Positions 50,913 to 61,747 of a DNA stretch of 64,000 nucleotides are shown piece after piece; within the stretch, counting starts at the first letter, position 1, and the number at the start of each line of letters is the position of its first letter. This stretch comes from Spirulina sp. (lineage in GTDB: Bacteria > Cyanobacteriota > Cyanobacteriia > Phormidesmidales > Phormidesmidaceae): positions 83,215 to 147,214 of the forward strand of contig JBIPSI010000015.1 of assembly GCA_044070495.1 (NCBI GenBank), written 5' to 3'. Made by a program: the position numbers and the translations under genes. The notes under the pieces are model-generated. The model was given only the letters and a program-made list of their open reading frames with translations. It did no database searches and was not told the DNA's origin.

Positions 50913-52178
50913 ATGACCGCCACCCACCCTTCACCCACCCACCCTTCACCCACCCACCCCTCCCTCACCGTCGATGTGGCGATTGTGGGCGGCGGCATTG
51001 TGGGGCTAACCCTAGCGGCGGCATTGCGACCCTCTGGGTTACGGGTAGCGGTAATTGAGTCCCAAAGCTCGGAGAGGGCAGCGTCTCGGCAACGGGCCTA
51101 TGCCTTTTCTCCCACCTCAGCAGACATTATCAAGGGTCTAGGACTATGGCCACAGGTGGGGCCAAGGATTTGCCACTTTCAGCAGGTGCGCCTGTCCGAT
51201 GGCGATCATCCCGAAGTGGTACGGTTCTCGCCCCAGGATTTAGGGGCCAAATCAGTCTTCTACGGAGCCGAGCATGGGGTGTTGATGGAGGCGCTGCAAG
51301 GGGCGGTGCAGGCGGCAGCGAATATCCACTATCTCAGTGAGTCCACCCTAGCGGTATCCGAACGCCACGGAGATCGTGTCATCGGCACCCTGACCACCCC
51401 AGACGGAATCCGCACTCTGGATGCGGCCCTAGTCGTCGCTGCCGATGGCAAACAGTCGCCCCTGCGGCGGCAGGCCAATATTGATGCCTTTGGCTGGCAG
51501 TACTGGCAGTCCTGCATCACCACGGTTTTGGAACCAGAGGGCGACCATCAACACACCGCCTACGAACGGTTTTGGCCGAGCGGCCCCTTTGCCATTCTGC
51601 CCCTGCCCGGTGGCCGCTGCCAGGTGGTGTGGACATCGCCCCACGAGGAAGCCCAGGCCATCCTCAACCTGCCCGAAGCGGAATTTATGGCGGAACTCGA
51701 ACGGCGCTACGGCTCCCACATGGGCAAGTTGAAGCGCCTCACCTCGCCCGCCCTGTTCCCGGTGCAGTTGATGCAGTGTGACCGCTACATCCAGCCCCGT
51801 CTTGCCCTGGTAGGGGATGCGGCCCACAGTTGTCACCCCGTCGGGGGGCAAGGGCTAAACATGGGCCTGAGAGATGCGGCGGCTCTCGCAGAAGTCCTCA
51901 CCGCCGCCCACCAAAAAGGTGAAGACCTGGGTGCTGTTAACGTGTTGCGCCGCTACGAAAGCTGGCGACGGTGGGAAAATTGGGTCATCCTCACCTTTAC
52001 CGACACCCTCACCCGCAGTTTCTCAAACCAAATTGCCCCCATCGTGGCCCTGCGCCGCACGGGGTTGTGGATGCTGAGCCATGTCTCCCCGCTGCGCCAC
52101 CTGGCCCTGCGATTGATGACCGGACGCCTAGGCCGCGTGCCCAAACTGGCTTTGGAAGGTCGGCAGATTAGGGACTAG
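50913..52178 (+). CDS. UbiH/Coq6-family FAD-dependent hydroxylase
   Basis: VGGGIVG, AADG, GDAAHSCHPVGGQGLNMGLRD. Confidence 0.9.
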   Translation: MTATHPSPTHPSPTHPSLTVDVAIVGGGIVGLTLAAALRPSGLRVAVIESQSSERAASRQRAYAFSPTSADIIKGLGLWPQVGPRICHFQQVRLSDGDHPEVVRFSPQDLGAKSVFYGAEHGVLMEALQGAVQAAANIHYLSESTLAVSERHGDRVIGTLTTPDGIRTLDAALVVAADGKQSPLRRQANIDAFGWQYWQSCITTVLEPEGDHQHTAYERFWPSGPFAILPLPGGRCQVVWTSPHEEAQAILNLPEAEFMAELERRYGSHMGKLKRLTSPALFPVQLMQCDRYIQPRLALVGDAAHSCHPVGGQGLNMGLRDAAALAEVLTAAHQKGEDLGAVNVLRRYESWRRWENWVILTFTDTLTRSFSNQIAPIVALRRTGLWMLSHVSPLRHLALRLMTGRLGRVPKLALEGRQIRD

Positions 52179-52260
52179 GGATTGGGGATTACTAGGAAAA
52201 GCCTGTACAACATCACCACGGCGGAGCATAACGCCAAGGGCAGGATTAGGCTGGGCTGAG

Positions 52261-53628
52261 TCAGCGGCGGGCGCTGAGGCTAATTTCTAAGCTGCGGTCT
52301 AGAATATCTAGCCCCTGGTGCATTTCGTCGGGGGTAATGATTAGCGGCGGGGCCAAGATCAAGATATTTCCCATGGAAACCTTGAGACTGAGTCCCTGGG
52401 CTAGGGCTTGGTACATGACCGCATCAGCGAGATCATAGGCCGGTTCTCGGGTAGCCGGATTAACGACCAGTTCCACCCCCAAGAGGCAGCCACGCCCCCG
52501 CACATCGCCAATGGCAGGGTATTTCGCCATCATCTGTCGGAGTCTAGCGAGGGCCAGATCGCCAACGACCTGGGCATTGTGGGCCAGGTTCTCATCCTGA
52601 AGAATCTGTAGGGTGGTGAGGGCGGCGCGGGTGGTGACGGGGTTCTTTTCGTGGGTGTAGTGGCCGTAGGCATAGTCGCCACAAACATCCAGGTCAGGAT
52701 GGCAAAGAATAGCCGCAATGGGCAGCACCCCGCCACCTAGGGCCTTGCCCAAGACCAAAATATCGGGCACCACCTGGTCGTGTTCACAGGCAAATAGCCG
52801 CCCCGTACGGCCCAGCCCGGTGGGAATTTCATCAAAAATGAGCAGCGTCCCGTGGTGGTGACAGGCCGCTTTAACCTGCTGCCAAAAGCCAGGGGGAGCA
52901 GGAACTGGATTGGTGGCCCGCATCGGTTCAGCCACTAGGGCGCAGATGTCGCCTTCCTTTTCGAGCACGTAGCGAATTTGGTTAAGGCACAGGTCGGCGC
53001 TGTTGGCTGTCACGCCCCAGGCATTGCGGTAGTCCCCAAGGGGAGGCACATGTTCGCTACCGGGCAGCAGAGGACCGATGGGACCGCTGCGAAACATCGC
53101 CTCGCCGCCAATGCTGCGCGCCCCAAACCCGGCACCATGGTAAGCATCCCAAAACGAGAGGGTCTTAAACCGTCCGGTGGCGGCACGGGCATAGGCCAAG
53201 GCCATTTCAATGGCGTCGGATCCCCCCGTGGCAAACAGCACCTTGCTGAGCGCCCCTGGGGCGAGGGCAGCTAGGGTTTCCGCCAGTTCCACCGCTGGCT
53301 CGCAGGTGTAGCGCCGGGGCACGAAGGACAGGCTTTGAAGTTGAGCCTGAAGAGCGGCAATCAGCCGGGGATGACCGTAGCCCAAATTGTGGGCGCTGTT
53401 GCCGTGAAAATCCATGAAACGACGGCCCTGCATATCCTCCAGCCAGATTCCCAGCGCCGAACGCAGGGCCGAAAGACAGGGAGTAGAGGCGGATTGGTGT
53501 AGAAACACCGCAGCGTCACGGTGCAGCCAAGACCGTAGATCTGCATTCTGGTGAGAGCGATTCCAATGCTGTCGCCGAGGGGAACCATTTAGGTCACTTT
53601 CTGCGGCGGCGGGGGGGACGTGGGTCAT
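52261..53628 (-). CDS. pbfA: Class III PLP enzyme, probable (R)-1-hydroxy-2-aminoethylphosphonate ammonia-lyase
   Basis: FLHQSASTPCL, MDFHGN, GHYTHEK motifs as recalled for PbfA; divergent from the AEP transporter. Confidence 0.75.
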   Translation of the reverse strand: MTHVPPAAAESDLNGSPRRQHWNRSHQNADLRSWLHRDAAVFLHQSASTPCLSALRSALGIWLEDMQGRRFMDFHGNSAHNLGYGHPRLIAALQAQLQSLSFVPRRYTCEPAVELAETLAALAPGALSKVLFATGGSDAIEMALAYARAATGRFKTLSFWDAYHGAGFGARSIGGEAMFRSGPIGPLLPGSEHVPPLGDYRNAWGVTANSADLCLNQIRYVLEKEGDICALVAEPMRATNPVPAPPGFWQQVKAACHHHGTLLIFDEIPTGLGRTGRLFACEHDQVVPDILVLGKALGGGVLPIAAILCHPDLDVCGDYAYGHYTHEKNPVTTRAALTTLQILQDENLAHNAQVVGDLALARLRQMMAKYPAIGDVRGRGCLLGVELVVNPATREPAYDLADAVMYQALAQGLSLKVSMGNILILAPPLIITPDEMHQGLDILDRSLEISLSARR

Positions 53629-54060
53629 TGAAGCACTGGCTCGCTAAAGTCGGACACGGTCTGGGGCGATGAATGTCTAGGGCCATTTAGCCGGTCAGCG
53701 GAATCTGGCGTCGGTCGGTCGGCGGCCCCTTAAGTAGGATGCCTAGGTGCCGCTATAACGCATCAAAGCCTTGGTCAGCGTGGGTTACGCTGCGCCAACC
53801 CATCCTAGGGGGCCTTACCTTTAATCCGCCCCACCGATCTAGGACGCTTTAGGCTGTCGTCATGCAGCATTAGCCTGCCTAGGGTACGCGGTGCGCCCCA
53901 TCTCACGATAGGTTTATAAGCCCGTTTTATCGTCGAAGCAAAAATAATATTTAATGATGGCAGCATGATTTTTCAACCCATCAAAGCCAAACTTAAAGAA
54001 AGTTCTTATCCAAACAAAAGCCTTGCTGTATCTACATTGTTGTTATCAGGATAATCTAGA

Positions 54061-54135
54061 CTAAATCTCTCCATAACTTTCCAGGAATTTCCATAAGCAT
54101 TTCTTTACCCAAACGACGACTCTTTCCCCTAGGAT
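54061..54135 (+). promoter_or_regulatory. Possible Pho boxes and -10 upstream of the phosphonate operon
   Basis: CTAAATCT/CATAACTT and CATAAGCA/CTTTACCC pairs at 11-bp spacing (loose match to CTTAACCT); TAGGAT at 54130. Confidence 0.35.
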
Positions 54136-54166
54136 TGCGGTGGAATTTTTTGGCTAAGGTTGAGCG

Positions 54167-55294
54167 ATGGTCGGCGATTTAGTGAGTCCTATTCTGCGCT
54201 TTTTATCGAAACGACGATGGCAGCGCTTTGTCTCCATGGCCGCAGCCTCCTGCGCCATGGTTTGGATGGTGGCCGCCTGTGCGGTCTCCCAGGAAGACCT
54301 AGCGTCCTCGACGGGCGGCGCTACGGAAACATCTAGCGATTCTAGTATTACGGTCTATACCGCCCTAGAGGATGATCAAATTAGCGGATATCTAGAGTCT
54401 TTTCAAACTCAGTATCCCGACATTAACGTTAATATCGTGCGGGATTCAACGGGTATTATTACGGCCAAATTATTAGCCGAAGCCGATAATCCCCAGGCCG
54501 ATGTGGTATGGGGAACGGCGGCATCCAGCCTCCTCGTGGCCGAAGAAAAAGGTCTGCTCGAGCCCTATGCCCCTGTTGGTCTAGAGGCGGTTAACCCTAA
54601 GTTTCGTGATGATGCTAACCCACCTCGATGGGTCGGCATTGACGTTTGGATGTCAGCCTTTTGTGTCAACACCATCGAATCTGAAAAGCTTGGATTGCCC
54701 ATTCCTAAGGGCTGGGCTGACCTAACCAATCCGGTGTATAAGGGGCACATTGTGATGTCTAATCCTGCCTCTTCGGGGACGGGATTTCTATCCGTCTCGA
54801 CGATTCTGCAAAATTCTCCGACCGAAGACGAGGGCTGGGCTTATTTGGATAAGCTCCACGAAAATATTGCCCAGTACATGCACTCTGGTTCTCGCCCCTG
54901 TAAGGCGGCGGGGGCTGGGGAATATCCCATCGGCATTTCCTTTGGCTATCGGGCGGTGAAGCAAAAGAACGATGGCGAACCCCTGGAAGCGGTCTTCCCG
55001 GCGGAGGGATCGGGTTGGGATGTCGAAGCCAATGCCCTGATTAAAAAGCCTGAGATTAAGGCGGCGGCCAAGACCTTTTTAGACTGGGCGATTTCCCCTG
55101 AGGTTTCTGAGAAATACGCTGAGAGTTTTGCCATTACAGCGGTGAAAACAGATGTCCCTCCACCGGCGGGATTTCCTGAAGATCCGGTGGCACAGCTAGC
55201 GGACAATGACCTGCGCTGGGCCGCCGCAAACCGTGAGCGCATCTTGGCAGAATGGACGAAGCGCTACGACACGAAATCTGAACCGAAGAGCTAG
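54167..55294 (+). CDS. 2-aminoethylphosphonate ABC transporter substrate-binding protein (AepX/PhnS2-like)
   Basis: Lipobox [40 protein letters not shown]. Confidence 0.85.
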   Translation: MVGDLVSPILRFLSKRRWQRFVSMAAASCAMVWMVAACAVSQEDLASSTGGATETSSDSSITVYTALEDDQISGYLESFQTQYPDINVNIVRDSTGIITAKLLAEADNPQADVVWGTAASSLLVAEEKGLLEPYAPVGLEAVNPKFRDDANPPRWVGIDVWMSAFCVNTIESEKLGLPIPKGWADLTNPVYKGHIVMSNPASSGTGFLSVSTILQNSPTEDEGWAYLDKLHENIAQYMHSGSRPCKAAGAGEYPIGISFGYRAVKQKNDGEPLEAVFPAEGSGWDVEANALIKKPEIKAAAKTFLDWAISPEVSEKYAESFAITAVKTDVPPPAGFPEDPVAQLADNDLRWAAANRERILAEWTKRYDTKSEPKS

Positions 55295-55437
55295 GGTGCT
55301 CCCCCATCCCTCACCTGGCCTCGGCTCTGCGGAAGCCATCCCCTGTGAGCAGGGGGGCCTATTGGGGAAAGTCCATGGGCTTTCCCCACTCGTTTCCTTC
55401 ATCCTTACTTGATCCTTAGATGTAGTGGGCTGGCACC

Positions 55438-56637
55438 ATGACCTATTCAGACCCTTCCGCTTCTCAGTCCTTAGAGGATCCGTCCCTAGCTCAGGACGTC
55501 GCAGCCCAGCCTAGCCACGCCCCTGGGGTCGCCGCCGAAACGGCGGCTCGTACCATTCGGCAACCCTACTTACAAATTGAGAACATCCACAAGCGCTTTG
55601 GCAGTTTTGCGGCCCTCAAGGATATTTTCTTGAATGTGTATCCCGGTGAGTTTGTCTGCCTTTTGGGGCCAAGCGGCTGCGGCAAAACCACGCTGCTGCG
55701 CATTATTGCCGGCCTAGAACAACAAACCCAGGGGCGGGTGATTCAGGGAGGGCAAGATGTCTCGCACCTGCCCCCCTCCAAACGCGACTTTGGCATTGTG
55801 TTCCAGTCCTATGCCCTCTTCCCCAACCTAACCGCCCACCAAAACGTTGCCTACGGTCTACAGAACCAAAAGCTCCCAAAGGCCGACATTGATACCCGTG
55901 TTGGTGAACTCCTCGACATGGTGGGGCTAGGGGGCATGGGCCAGAAGTATCCCTCCCAAATGTCTGGGGGTCAGCAGCAGCGGGTTGCCCTCGCCCGTGC
56001 CCTCGCCCTCTCCCCCGGTTTGTTACTGCTGGATGAACCCCTTTCGGCCCTGGATGCCCAAGTGCGGGTCAAACTGCGGGCCGAGATTGCCAATCTTCAG
56101 CGGCGGCTGGGGATTACCACCGTCATGGTGACCCACGACCAAGCCGAAGCCCTAGCCATGGCCGACCGCATTGTCGTGATGGACAAGGGGTATATTGCCC
56201 AGGTCGGCACCCCCCACAGCGTGTATCAAAGCCCCGGCAGCCCCTTTGTCGCCAATTTTATTGGGGTGATGAACTTTTTAGACGGCATGGTCGAAGCCAA
56301 GGACACCGTGCGCTGCGGCAACCTTGTGCTGCACGCCCCTAGCAACACCGTTCCCGTGGGGCAAAGGATTTCCATCGCCATTCGTCCTGAAGATATTCGA
56401 GTCATGGATAGTGCGGCTACCCCAGATTCCAACGTTGCCGAAGCCGAGGTGCTGGGCACCGAGTTTCTGGGGTCTGGCTATCGGCTAGAACTGAGTATTT
56501 CTGGAAACGCCCGTCAGCCCATGACCCTAGATATTTCCTCCCACCGGGCTCGCGCCATGGCCATTGAGACCCTAGAATCCCTGGCGATTCAACTGCCCCC
56601 AGAGATGATCCGTGTTTTCCCCAGAGAAGCCTCCTAG
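55438..56637 (+). CDS. 2-aminoethylphosphonate ABC transporter ATP-binding protein
   Basis: GPSGCGKTT, RDFGIVFQSYALFPNL, SGGQQQRVA, TOBE-like C-terminus. Confidence 0.88.
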   Translation: MTYSDPSASQSLEDPSLAQDVAAQPSHAPGVAAETAARTIRQPYLQIENIHKRFGSFAALKDIFLNVYPGEFVCLLGPSGCGKTTLLRIIAGLEQQTQGRVIQGGQDVSHLPPSKRDFGIVFQSYALFPNLTAHQNVAYGLQNQKLPKADIDTRVGELLDMVGLGGMGQKYPSQMSGGQQQRVALARALALSPGLLLLDEPLSALDAQVRVKLRAEIANLQRRLGITTVMVTHDQAEALAMADRIVVMDKGYIAQVGTPHSVYQSPGSPFVANFIGVMNFLDGMVEAKDTVRCGNLVLHAPSNTVPVGQRISIAIRPEDIRVMDSAATPDSNVAEAEVLGTEFLGSGYRLELSISGNARQPMTLDISSHRARAMAIETLESLAIQLPPEMIRVFPREAS

Positions 56638-56687
56638 GTTCACGCCCCCTCAATGTCCCGCCAACCCTTCCCCACAGCCCAAGTCCT

Positions 56688-58442
56688 ATGACCACTACCA
56701 CCCGTCGTCCCATTGCGGCCCCCCGCGCTAAAGCCTTCGACCTCGAAGCCTGGGTGATGCGCAGTCTCCTGGGCCTGGGTGCCCTGTGGCTGGTGGTGGG
56801 CGTCGTGCTGCCCCTGTTCCCCATGGTGGGCCGCAGTTTTCAGAACACTAATGGGGAATGGGTGGGATGGGCCAACTACGTGCAATACCTCACCACCCCG
56901 TCGTTGGTGCAGTCGTTTTTGAATAGTGTGGGCGTGGCGCTGACCACCACCCTCTTCTCTGTGGGCTTGGGGTTTATCTATGCCTACGGCCTTACCCGCA
57001 CCGCCATGAAGGGCAAGACCTTCTTTCGTACCCTAGGGCTGCTGTCGCTTTATATTCCTCCCCTGGCCAACGCCATTGGGCTGATTTATCTGTTTGGCAA
57101 TCAGGGACTAGTCACCACCGGATTTTTTGGGCTATGGCCAGGGGTTAACATCAATCTCTATGGCTTTAATGGCATTGTGCTGGGGGAGTTTCTCTACTGC
57201 TTTCCCCAGGCCGTAATTCTGTTAGTCACCGCCCTAAATTTAACCGATGCCCGTCTGTACGAGGCCGCAGAGGTACTGGGAGCCTCGACCGCCAAGACCT
57301 TTTTTACGGTGACTTTACCTAGCGTAAAATACGGGTTAATTAGCGCCTTATTTGTGTGCTTTATTCTCGCCTTTACCGATTTCGGAGTACCGAAGGTAGT
57401 CGGTGGCAACTTTAACGTACTGGCCACCGATATTTACAAGCAGGTGATTGGCCAGCAGAACTTTTCCATGGGGGCGACCATCAGTGTGTTCTTGCTGGTG
57501 CCCTCGGTGCTGGCCTTTGGACTAGATCGCATCGTGCAGCGGCGGCAAAATGCTCTAATTAGCGCCAAATCCGTCCCCCTACAGCCCAAGCCTAACCCGA
57601 TTTTAGACTGGGCTATGTTTGGCTTCTGTACTTTGGTTTTCGCCTTTATTTTTACGGTATTTGGCACCATTATTCTGGCTTCTTTAGTCAAAGTTTGGCC
57701 CTACGACTTTTCCCTGAGTCTAAAGAACTACAACTTTAGTAGCGTGGGCGGTGGTGGCTATGGGGCCTACTGGAACAGCCTGCGTATGTCCTTCTATACG
57801 GCAATTTTTGGCACGGCTATCGTATTTACCGGAGCCTACCTGGTGGAAAAGGGGCGGGGGCTGAACTGGTTGCGTTCCCTCACCTACCTGTTGTCTACCA
57901 TTCCCCTAGCCTTGCCCGGTCTGGTACTGGGTTTGGCCTATGTCTTCTTCTTTAACAACCCCATCTGGCGCATCCCTTTCACAGGGTTAGCTATCTACAA
58001 TCCCTTCCACGGGCTCTACGGCACCATGGCGCTGTTGGTAATAGCCAACATCATCCACTTCTACACCGTTTGTTTCCTGACAGGCACCACCGCCCTCAAG
58101 CAAATTGATGCAGAATTTGAGTCGGTTTCGGCCTCCATGGCCGTCCCTTTTTACAAAACCTTCTGGCGGGTCACGGTACCCCTATCACTACCCGCCATTT
58201 TAGAGATTGGCATCTACTTTTTTGTCAATGCCATGGTCACCATTTCGGCCATTATCTTTTTATACCCAGCCAACCTGCCCCTAGCCGCCGTTGCCATTGT
58301 CAATATGGACGATGCTGGGGACATTGCCGCCGCCGCCGCCATGTCTACCCTGATTGTGTTAACTAGCCTGGGAGTACGGGTAATTTACTCCTGGCTCACC
58401 AAGGGTCTGCGTCAGCGATCAGAGGCATGGCTCAAGCGCTAG
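56688..58442 (+). CDS. 2-aminoethylphosphonate ABC transporter permease (two TM domains)
   Basis: DARLYEAA, TDFGVPKVVGG, KQIDAEFESVS, MDDAGD. Confidence 0.85.
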   Translation: MTTTTRRPIAAPRAKAFDLEAWVMRSLLGLGALWLVVGVVLPLFPMVGRSFQNTNGEWVGWANYVQYLTTPSLVQSFLNSVGVALTTTLFSVGLGFIYAYGLTRTAMKGKTFFRTLGLLSLYIPPLANAIGLIYLFGNQGLVTTGFFGLWPGVNINLYGFNGIVLGEFLYCFPQAVILLVTALNLTDARLYEAAEVLGASTAKTFFTVTLPSVKYGLISALFVCFILAFTDFGVPKVVGGNFNVLATDIYKQVIGQQNFSMGATISVFLLVPSVLAFGLDRIVQRRQNALISAKSVPLQPKPNPILDWAMFGFCTLVFAFIFTVFGTIILASLVKVWPYDFSLSLKNYNFSSVGGGGYGAYWNSLRMSFYTAIFGTAIVFTGAYLVEKGRGLNWLRSLTYLLSTIPLALPGLVLGLAYVFFFNNPIWRIPFTGLAIYNPFHGLYGTMALLVIANIIHFYTVCFLTGTTALKQIDAEFESVSASMAVPFYKTFWRVTVPLSLPAILEIGIYFFVNAMVTISAIIFLYPANLPLAAVAIVNMDDAGDIAAAAAMSTLIVLTSLGVRVIYSWLTKGLRQRSEAWLKR

Positions 58443-58506
58443 TTCGAGTGTTTTGACGAAGGACTGTGCCCATTGGCTTCCTTTTTCTATTTCCCTGAGG
58501 TTCCCT

Positions 58507-59241
58507 ATGGCTAACATTAAGCTCATCGTCTTTGATATGGCAGGCACCACCGTAAAAGACGACAACGAAGTACTGCACTGTTTTTTTGAAGCGGCCAAAC
58601 ACACGGGACTGATAGCCGACGCAGATCGGGTCAATGCTATGATGGGACTCCCCAAAAAGGTGGTGTTTCAAACCCTGTGGGCCGACCAAATTGGAGCCGC
58701 GAGCGAAGACTACTTTGCTAATGTCGAAGCCTCCTACGATTGTTTTCGCACCGTCCTAGAAACCCACTACCGCACCCAACCCGTAGCACCCACGGAGGGT
58801 TGCCTAGCCCTCTTTGACTGGCTGAGAGCCCGCTCCATCGCCATTGCCCTCACCACCGGGTTCTATCGGGAAGTAACCCAGATTATCCTCAACCGCCTGG
58901 GCTGGGAGGTGGGGCTAGATCCCACCTCCTACGTGGGATCAGCGCAATCCACGATTCAGATTTCCGTCACCCCCTCTGAAATCTATGGCAACGAGGGCCG
59001 TCCGGCTCCTTTTATGATCCAAAAAGCGATGTACCGCCTGGGCGTTGATGACCCTAAAACGGTGGTCGCCATTGGGGATACCCCCTCCGATCTGGCGTCG
59101 GCCCGCCACGCGGGTTGCCTCTACGCCTGTGGGGTGACCAACGGCACGCACACCCAGGCCCAGTTAGCCCAGCATTCTAACGATGGGCTCTTTGACTCCA
59201 TGGCGCATTTTCAGCGCCAGTTAGACCAATGGCTCAGCTAG
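58507..59241 (+). CDS. Phosphonatase-like HAD hydrolase (PhnX-like)
   Basis: FDMAGTTV, MMGLPK (candidate Schiff-base Lys), TTGF, GRPAPFMI, GDTPSD. Confidence 0.8.
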   Translation: MANIKLIVFDMAGTTVKDDNEVLHCFFEAAKHTGLIADADRVNAMMGLPKKVVFQTLWADQIGAASEDYFANVEASYDCFRTVLETHYRTQPVAPTEGCLALFDWLRARSIAIALTTGFYREVTQIILNRLGWEVGLDPTSYVGSAQSTIQISVTPSEIYGNEGRPAPFMIQKAMYRLGVDDPKTVVAIGDTPSDLASARHAGCLYACGVTNGTHTQAQLAQHSNDGLFDSMAHFQRQLDQWLS

Positions 59242-59275
59242 GGCTTGACCATTTCGTTCATAGGAATCTTTGCCG

Positions 59276-60427
59276 ATGACAACCATGTCTCTGGCCCACT
59301 CCACCGAAGTTGCCATTGTGGGTGCGGGCATTGTGGGTTTAGCCCATGCTCTGGCGGCGGCTCGTCGAGGCCATCGGGTGACGGTGTTCGAGCGCAGTGA
59401 GCGGGCCGTGGGAGCGTCGATTCGCAACTTTGGCATGGTGTGGCCCATTGGCCAGCCGCCGGGGCCACTGCGAGATCGGGCCATGCAATCGCGTCAGATT
59501 TGGATCGACATGGCGACCAAGGGCGGCTTCTTTTACGACCCCGTCGGCTCCCTGCATTTGGCTTACCACTCCGACGAACTGGCTGTGATTGAGGAATTCG
59601 TCGCCCTGGCCAACCCCGCAGGCTATGCCGTGCAGCTCCTCACCGCTGAGGAGGTCGCCACCAAGAGCCCCGCTGCCGTTACCCCTGGGCTACTGGGTGC
59701 CCTGTGGAGTGAAACTGAGGTGATTGTGGATGCACGGGAAGCCATCGCCACCCTTCCCCAGGTCTTGCAAACGGTCTTTAACGTCGAGTTTCGGTTTGGG
59801 GCCACCGTCACCGCCATCGACTCGCCCCAGTTCACCGTAAACGGCGAAACCTGGACAGCGGATCACATTTTTGTCTGTTCTGGGGCCGATTTTGAAACCT
59901 TATACCCCGATCTTTACCAAAACAGCGGCATCACCAAATCTAAACTGCAAATGATGCGCACTAGCCCCCAACCCCAGGGCTATCGAATTGGGCCAGCCCT
60001 CTGTGGCGGACTCACCCTAACTCACTATGCGGCCTTTGCCGATTGTCCCTCTCTACCGACCCTGAAGCAGCGCATCCAGGCCGAGTTACCCTTCGCGGTA
60101 GACTGGCACATCCATGTCATGATGTCCCAAAATGGGCTAGGGGAGTTGATCTTGGGCGATTCCCATGAATATGCCCTCACCTTTGACCCCTTTGATCGCG
60201 CCGACATTAACCAGTTTGTCCTGAATTATCTCAAGGGATTTGCCCAGGTACCCTGCCTAGACATCGCCGCCACCTGGCACGGCATCTACGCCAAACTGCC
60301 GGATAAGACCGAGTTCGTGGCCCACCCAGCCCCTGGGGTCACCATCGTCAACGGCCTCAGTGGGGCCGGCATGACCCTCTCCTTTGGTCTAGCCGAGGAA
60401 ATTGTCTCCACCGTACTAAACAGCTGA
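59276..60427 (+). CDS. FAD-dependent oxidoreductase of phosphonate clusters (TIGR03364/Pbf-type)
   Basis: VGAGIVGLAHA, GASIRNFGMVW, KLQMMR, ILGDSHEY, GAGMTLSFG. Confidence 0.82.
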   Translation: MTTMSLAHSTEVAIVGAGIVGLAHALAAARRGHRVTVFERSERAVGASIRNFGMVWPIGQPPGPLRDRAMQSRQIWIDMATKGGFFYDPVGSLHLAYHSDELAVIEEFVALANPAGYAVQLLTAEEVATKSPAAVTPGLLGALWSETEVIVDAREAIATLPQVLQTVFNVEFRFGATVTAIDSPQFTVNGETWTADHIFVCSGADFETLYPDLYQNSGITKSKLQMMRTSPQPQGYRIGPALCGGLTLTHYAAFADCPSLPTLKQRIQAELPFAVDWHIHVMMSQNGLGELILGDSHEYALTFDPFDRADINQFVLNYLKGFAQVPCLDIAATWHGIYAKLPDKTEFVAHPAPGVTIVNGLSGAGMTLSFGLAEEIVSTVLNS

Positions 60428-60562
60428 GTCAGTCGGCGGAATCCTATATCGCTCGATCACCGACATCAGCCGCCATGCCCCGCCCAAGAATCGGAGATCG
60501 CCAAACAGGATTGGGGATCAGGCCAGTTGCGTGATGGCAACCTACTCCGAAAAGCTAGGATC

Positions 60563-61747
60563 CTACGGTTCAGCACCGGGCGGCAAGCCCAAGGCCAAGA
60601 CCGCATTTTGCCCGCCAAAGCCAAAGCTCATGCAGAGAACCGTTTCCAGCTTAGCGGCGCGACTGTGTCTGACTATATGGGGGTAAATGGGATCGCCCGC
60701 AAGACCCACATTAGGCGGCAATTGCTGATGTCGCAGCGCCAATAAACCCAGGACAGATCCGATAGCCCCCGATGCCCCCAAGGTGTGGCCCGTGGCTCCC
60801 TTGGTAGAGCTGATCGGCGGTAGGTGGGGGAGGCATTGCTGGATCAAGGCCGCTTCGTGGGCATCGTTGAGAATAGTTCCGGTGCCGTGGGCGTGAACGT
60901 AGTGGATGTCTTCAGCCCTGAGTCCACTACGACGAAGACACTGCTCCAAGGCCAAACGACTACCCACTTGGTCTGGCTCAGGGGCCGTTAGGTGGTGGGC
61001 GTCGGCGCTGAGTCCGGCTCCTAAAATGCAGCCGTAGGGCTTGATATGGGGACGCTGAGCCAGGGAAGAGGCCGATTCCAGCACTAAAATAGCGGCTCCA
61101 GCCCCCAAGGCCAAGCCTTCTCGCTGGGGAGAGAAGGGATAGCAGCCCGTTGAGGCCAAGGCTCCAAGACGTTCAAATCCAGCCAGGGTCAGAGGCGTGA
61201 TGGGGTTCTCCCCTGCCCCGACAATCACCCGCTGGCAGTGGCCCTGCCGAATCAACTCTGCCCCCTGAACAATCGCCCACAGCCCCGTGGCACAGGCCGC
61301 CATGGGCGCTAGCACTGGCCCACGGGTTCCCAAACACTGCGCGACCTCCCTAGAGGCCATGGCGGGTAGGGTGTTCAGCCAAGCCTGAGGGGGAATGTTC
61401 TGGGTGAGATAATCCTTCGCCAGAGTTTCCCACTGGGCCTGAAAGCCACGACTGGAGCCAATCACCACACCGCAATCGGCAGCGGGCAGGGTCATTTGGG
61501 CATCCCTAACGGCTTCCATGGCGGTCTGCTGGAGCAGATCGCTTAAGGGAATGATGGCCCCTTCCACCATCCCTAAAGGTAGGGGTAAAAATTCGGGGAA
61601 GGGCTGCTGCGGGGTCAGTCCCGACTTCCCCAATAGCAAGCATTCCCAAGTTTCCGACACGGAACAACCTAGGGCTGTGACTAACCCTAGGCCCGTGACG
61701 AAGACCGGGGCAGATGGCCTAGGGCTGGGCGTCGGGCTGGAGATTAT
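60563..61747 (-). CDS. Beta-ketoacyl-ACP synthase (FabF-like paralogue); start codon unclear
   Basis: VFVTGLGLVTALG, AACATG, HAHGTGT, KGATGHTLGASG, SFGFGGQN. Confidence 0.85.
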   Translation of the reverse strand: MISSPTPSPRPSAPVFVTGLGLVTALGCSVSETWECLLLGKSGLTPQQPFPEFLPLPLGMVEGAIIPLSDLLQQTAMEAVRDAQMTLPAADCGVVIGSSRGFQAQWETLAKDYLTQNIPPQAWLNTLPAMASREVAQCLGTRGPVLAPMAACATGLWAIVQGAELIRQGHCQRVIVGAGENPITPLTLAGFERLGALASTGCYPFSPQREGLALGAGAAILVLESASSLAQRPHIKPYGCILGAGLSADAHHLTAPEPDQVGSRLALEQCLRRSGLRAEDIHYVHAHGTGTILNDAHEAALIQQCLPHLPPISSTKGATGHTLGASGAIGSVLGLLALRHQQLPPNVGLAGDPIYPHIVRHSRAAKLETVLCMSFGFGGQNAVLALGLPPGAEP

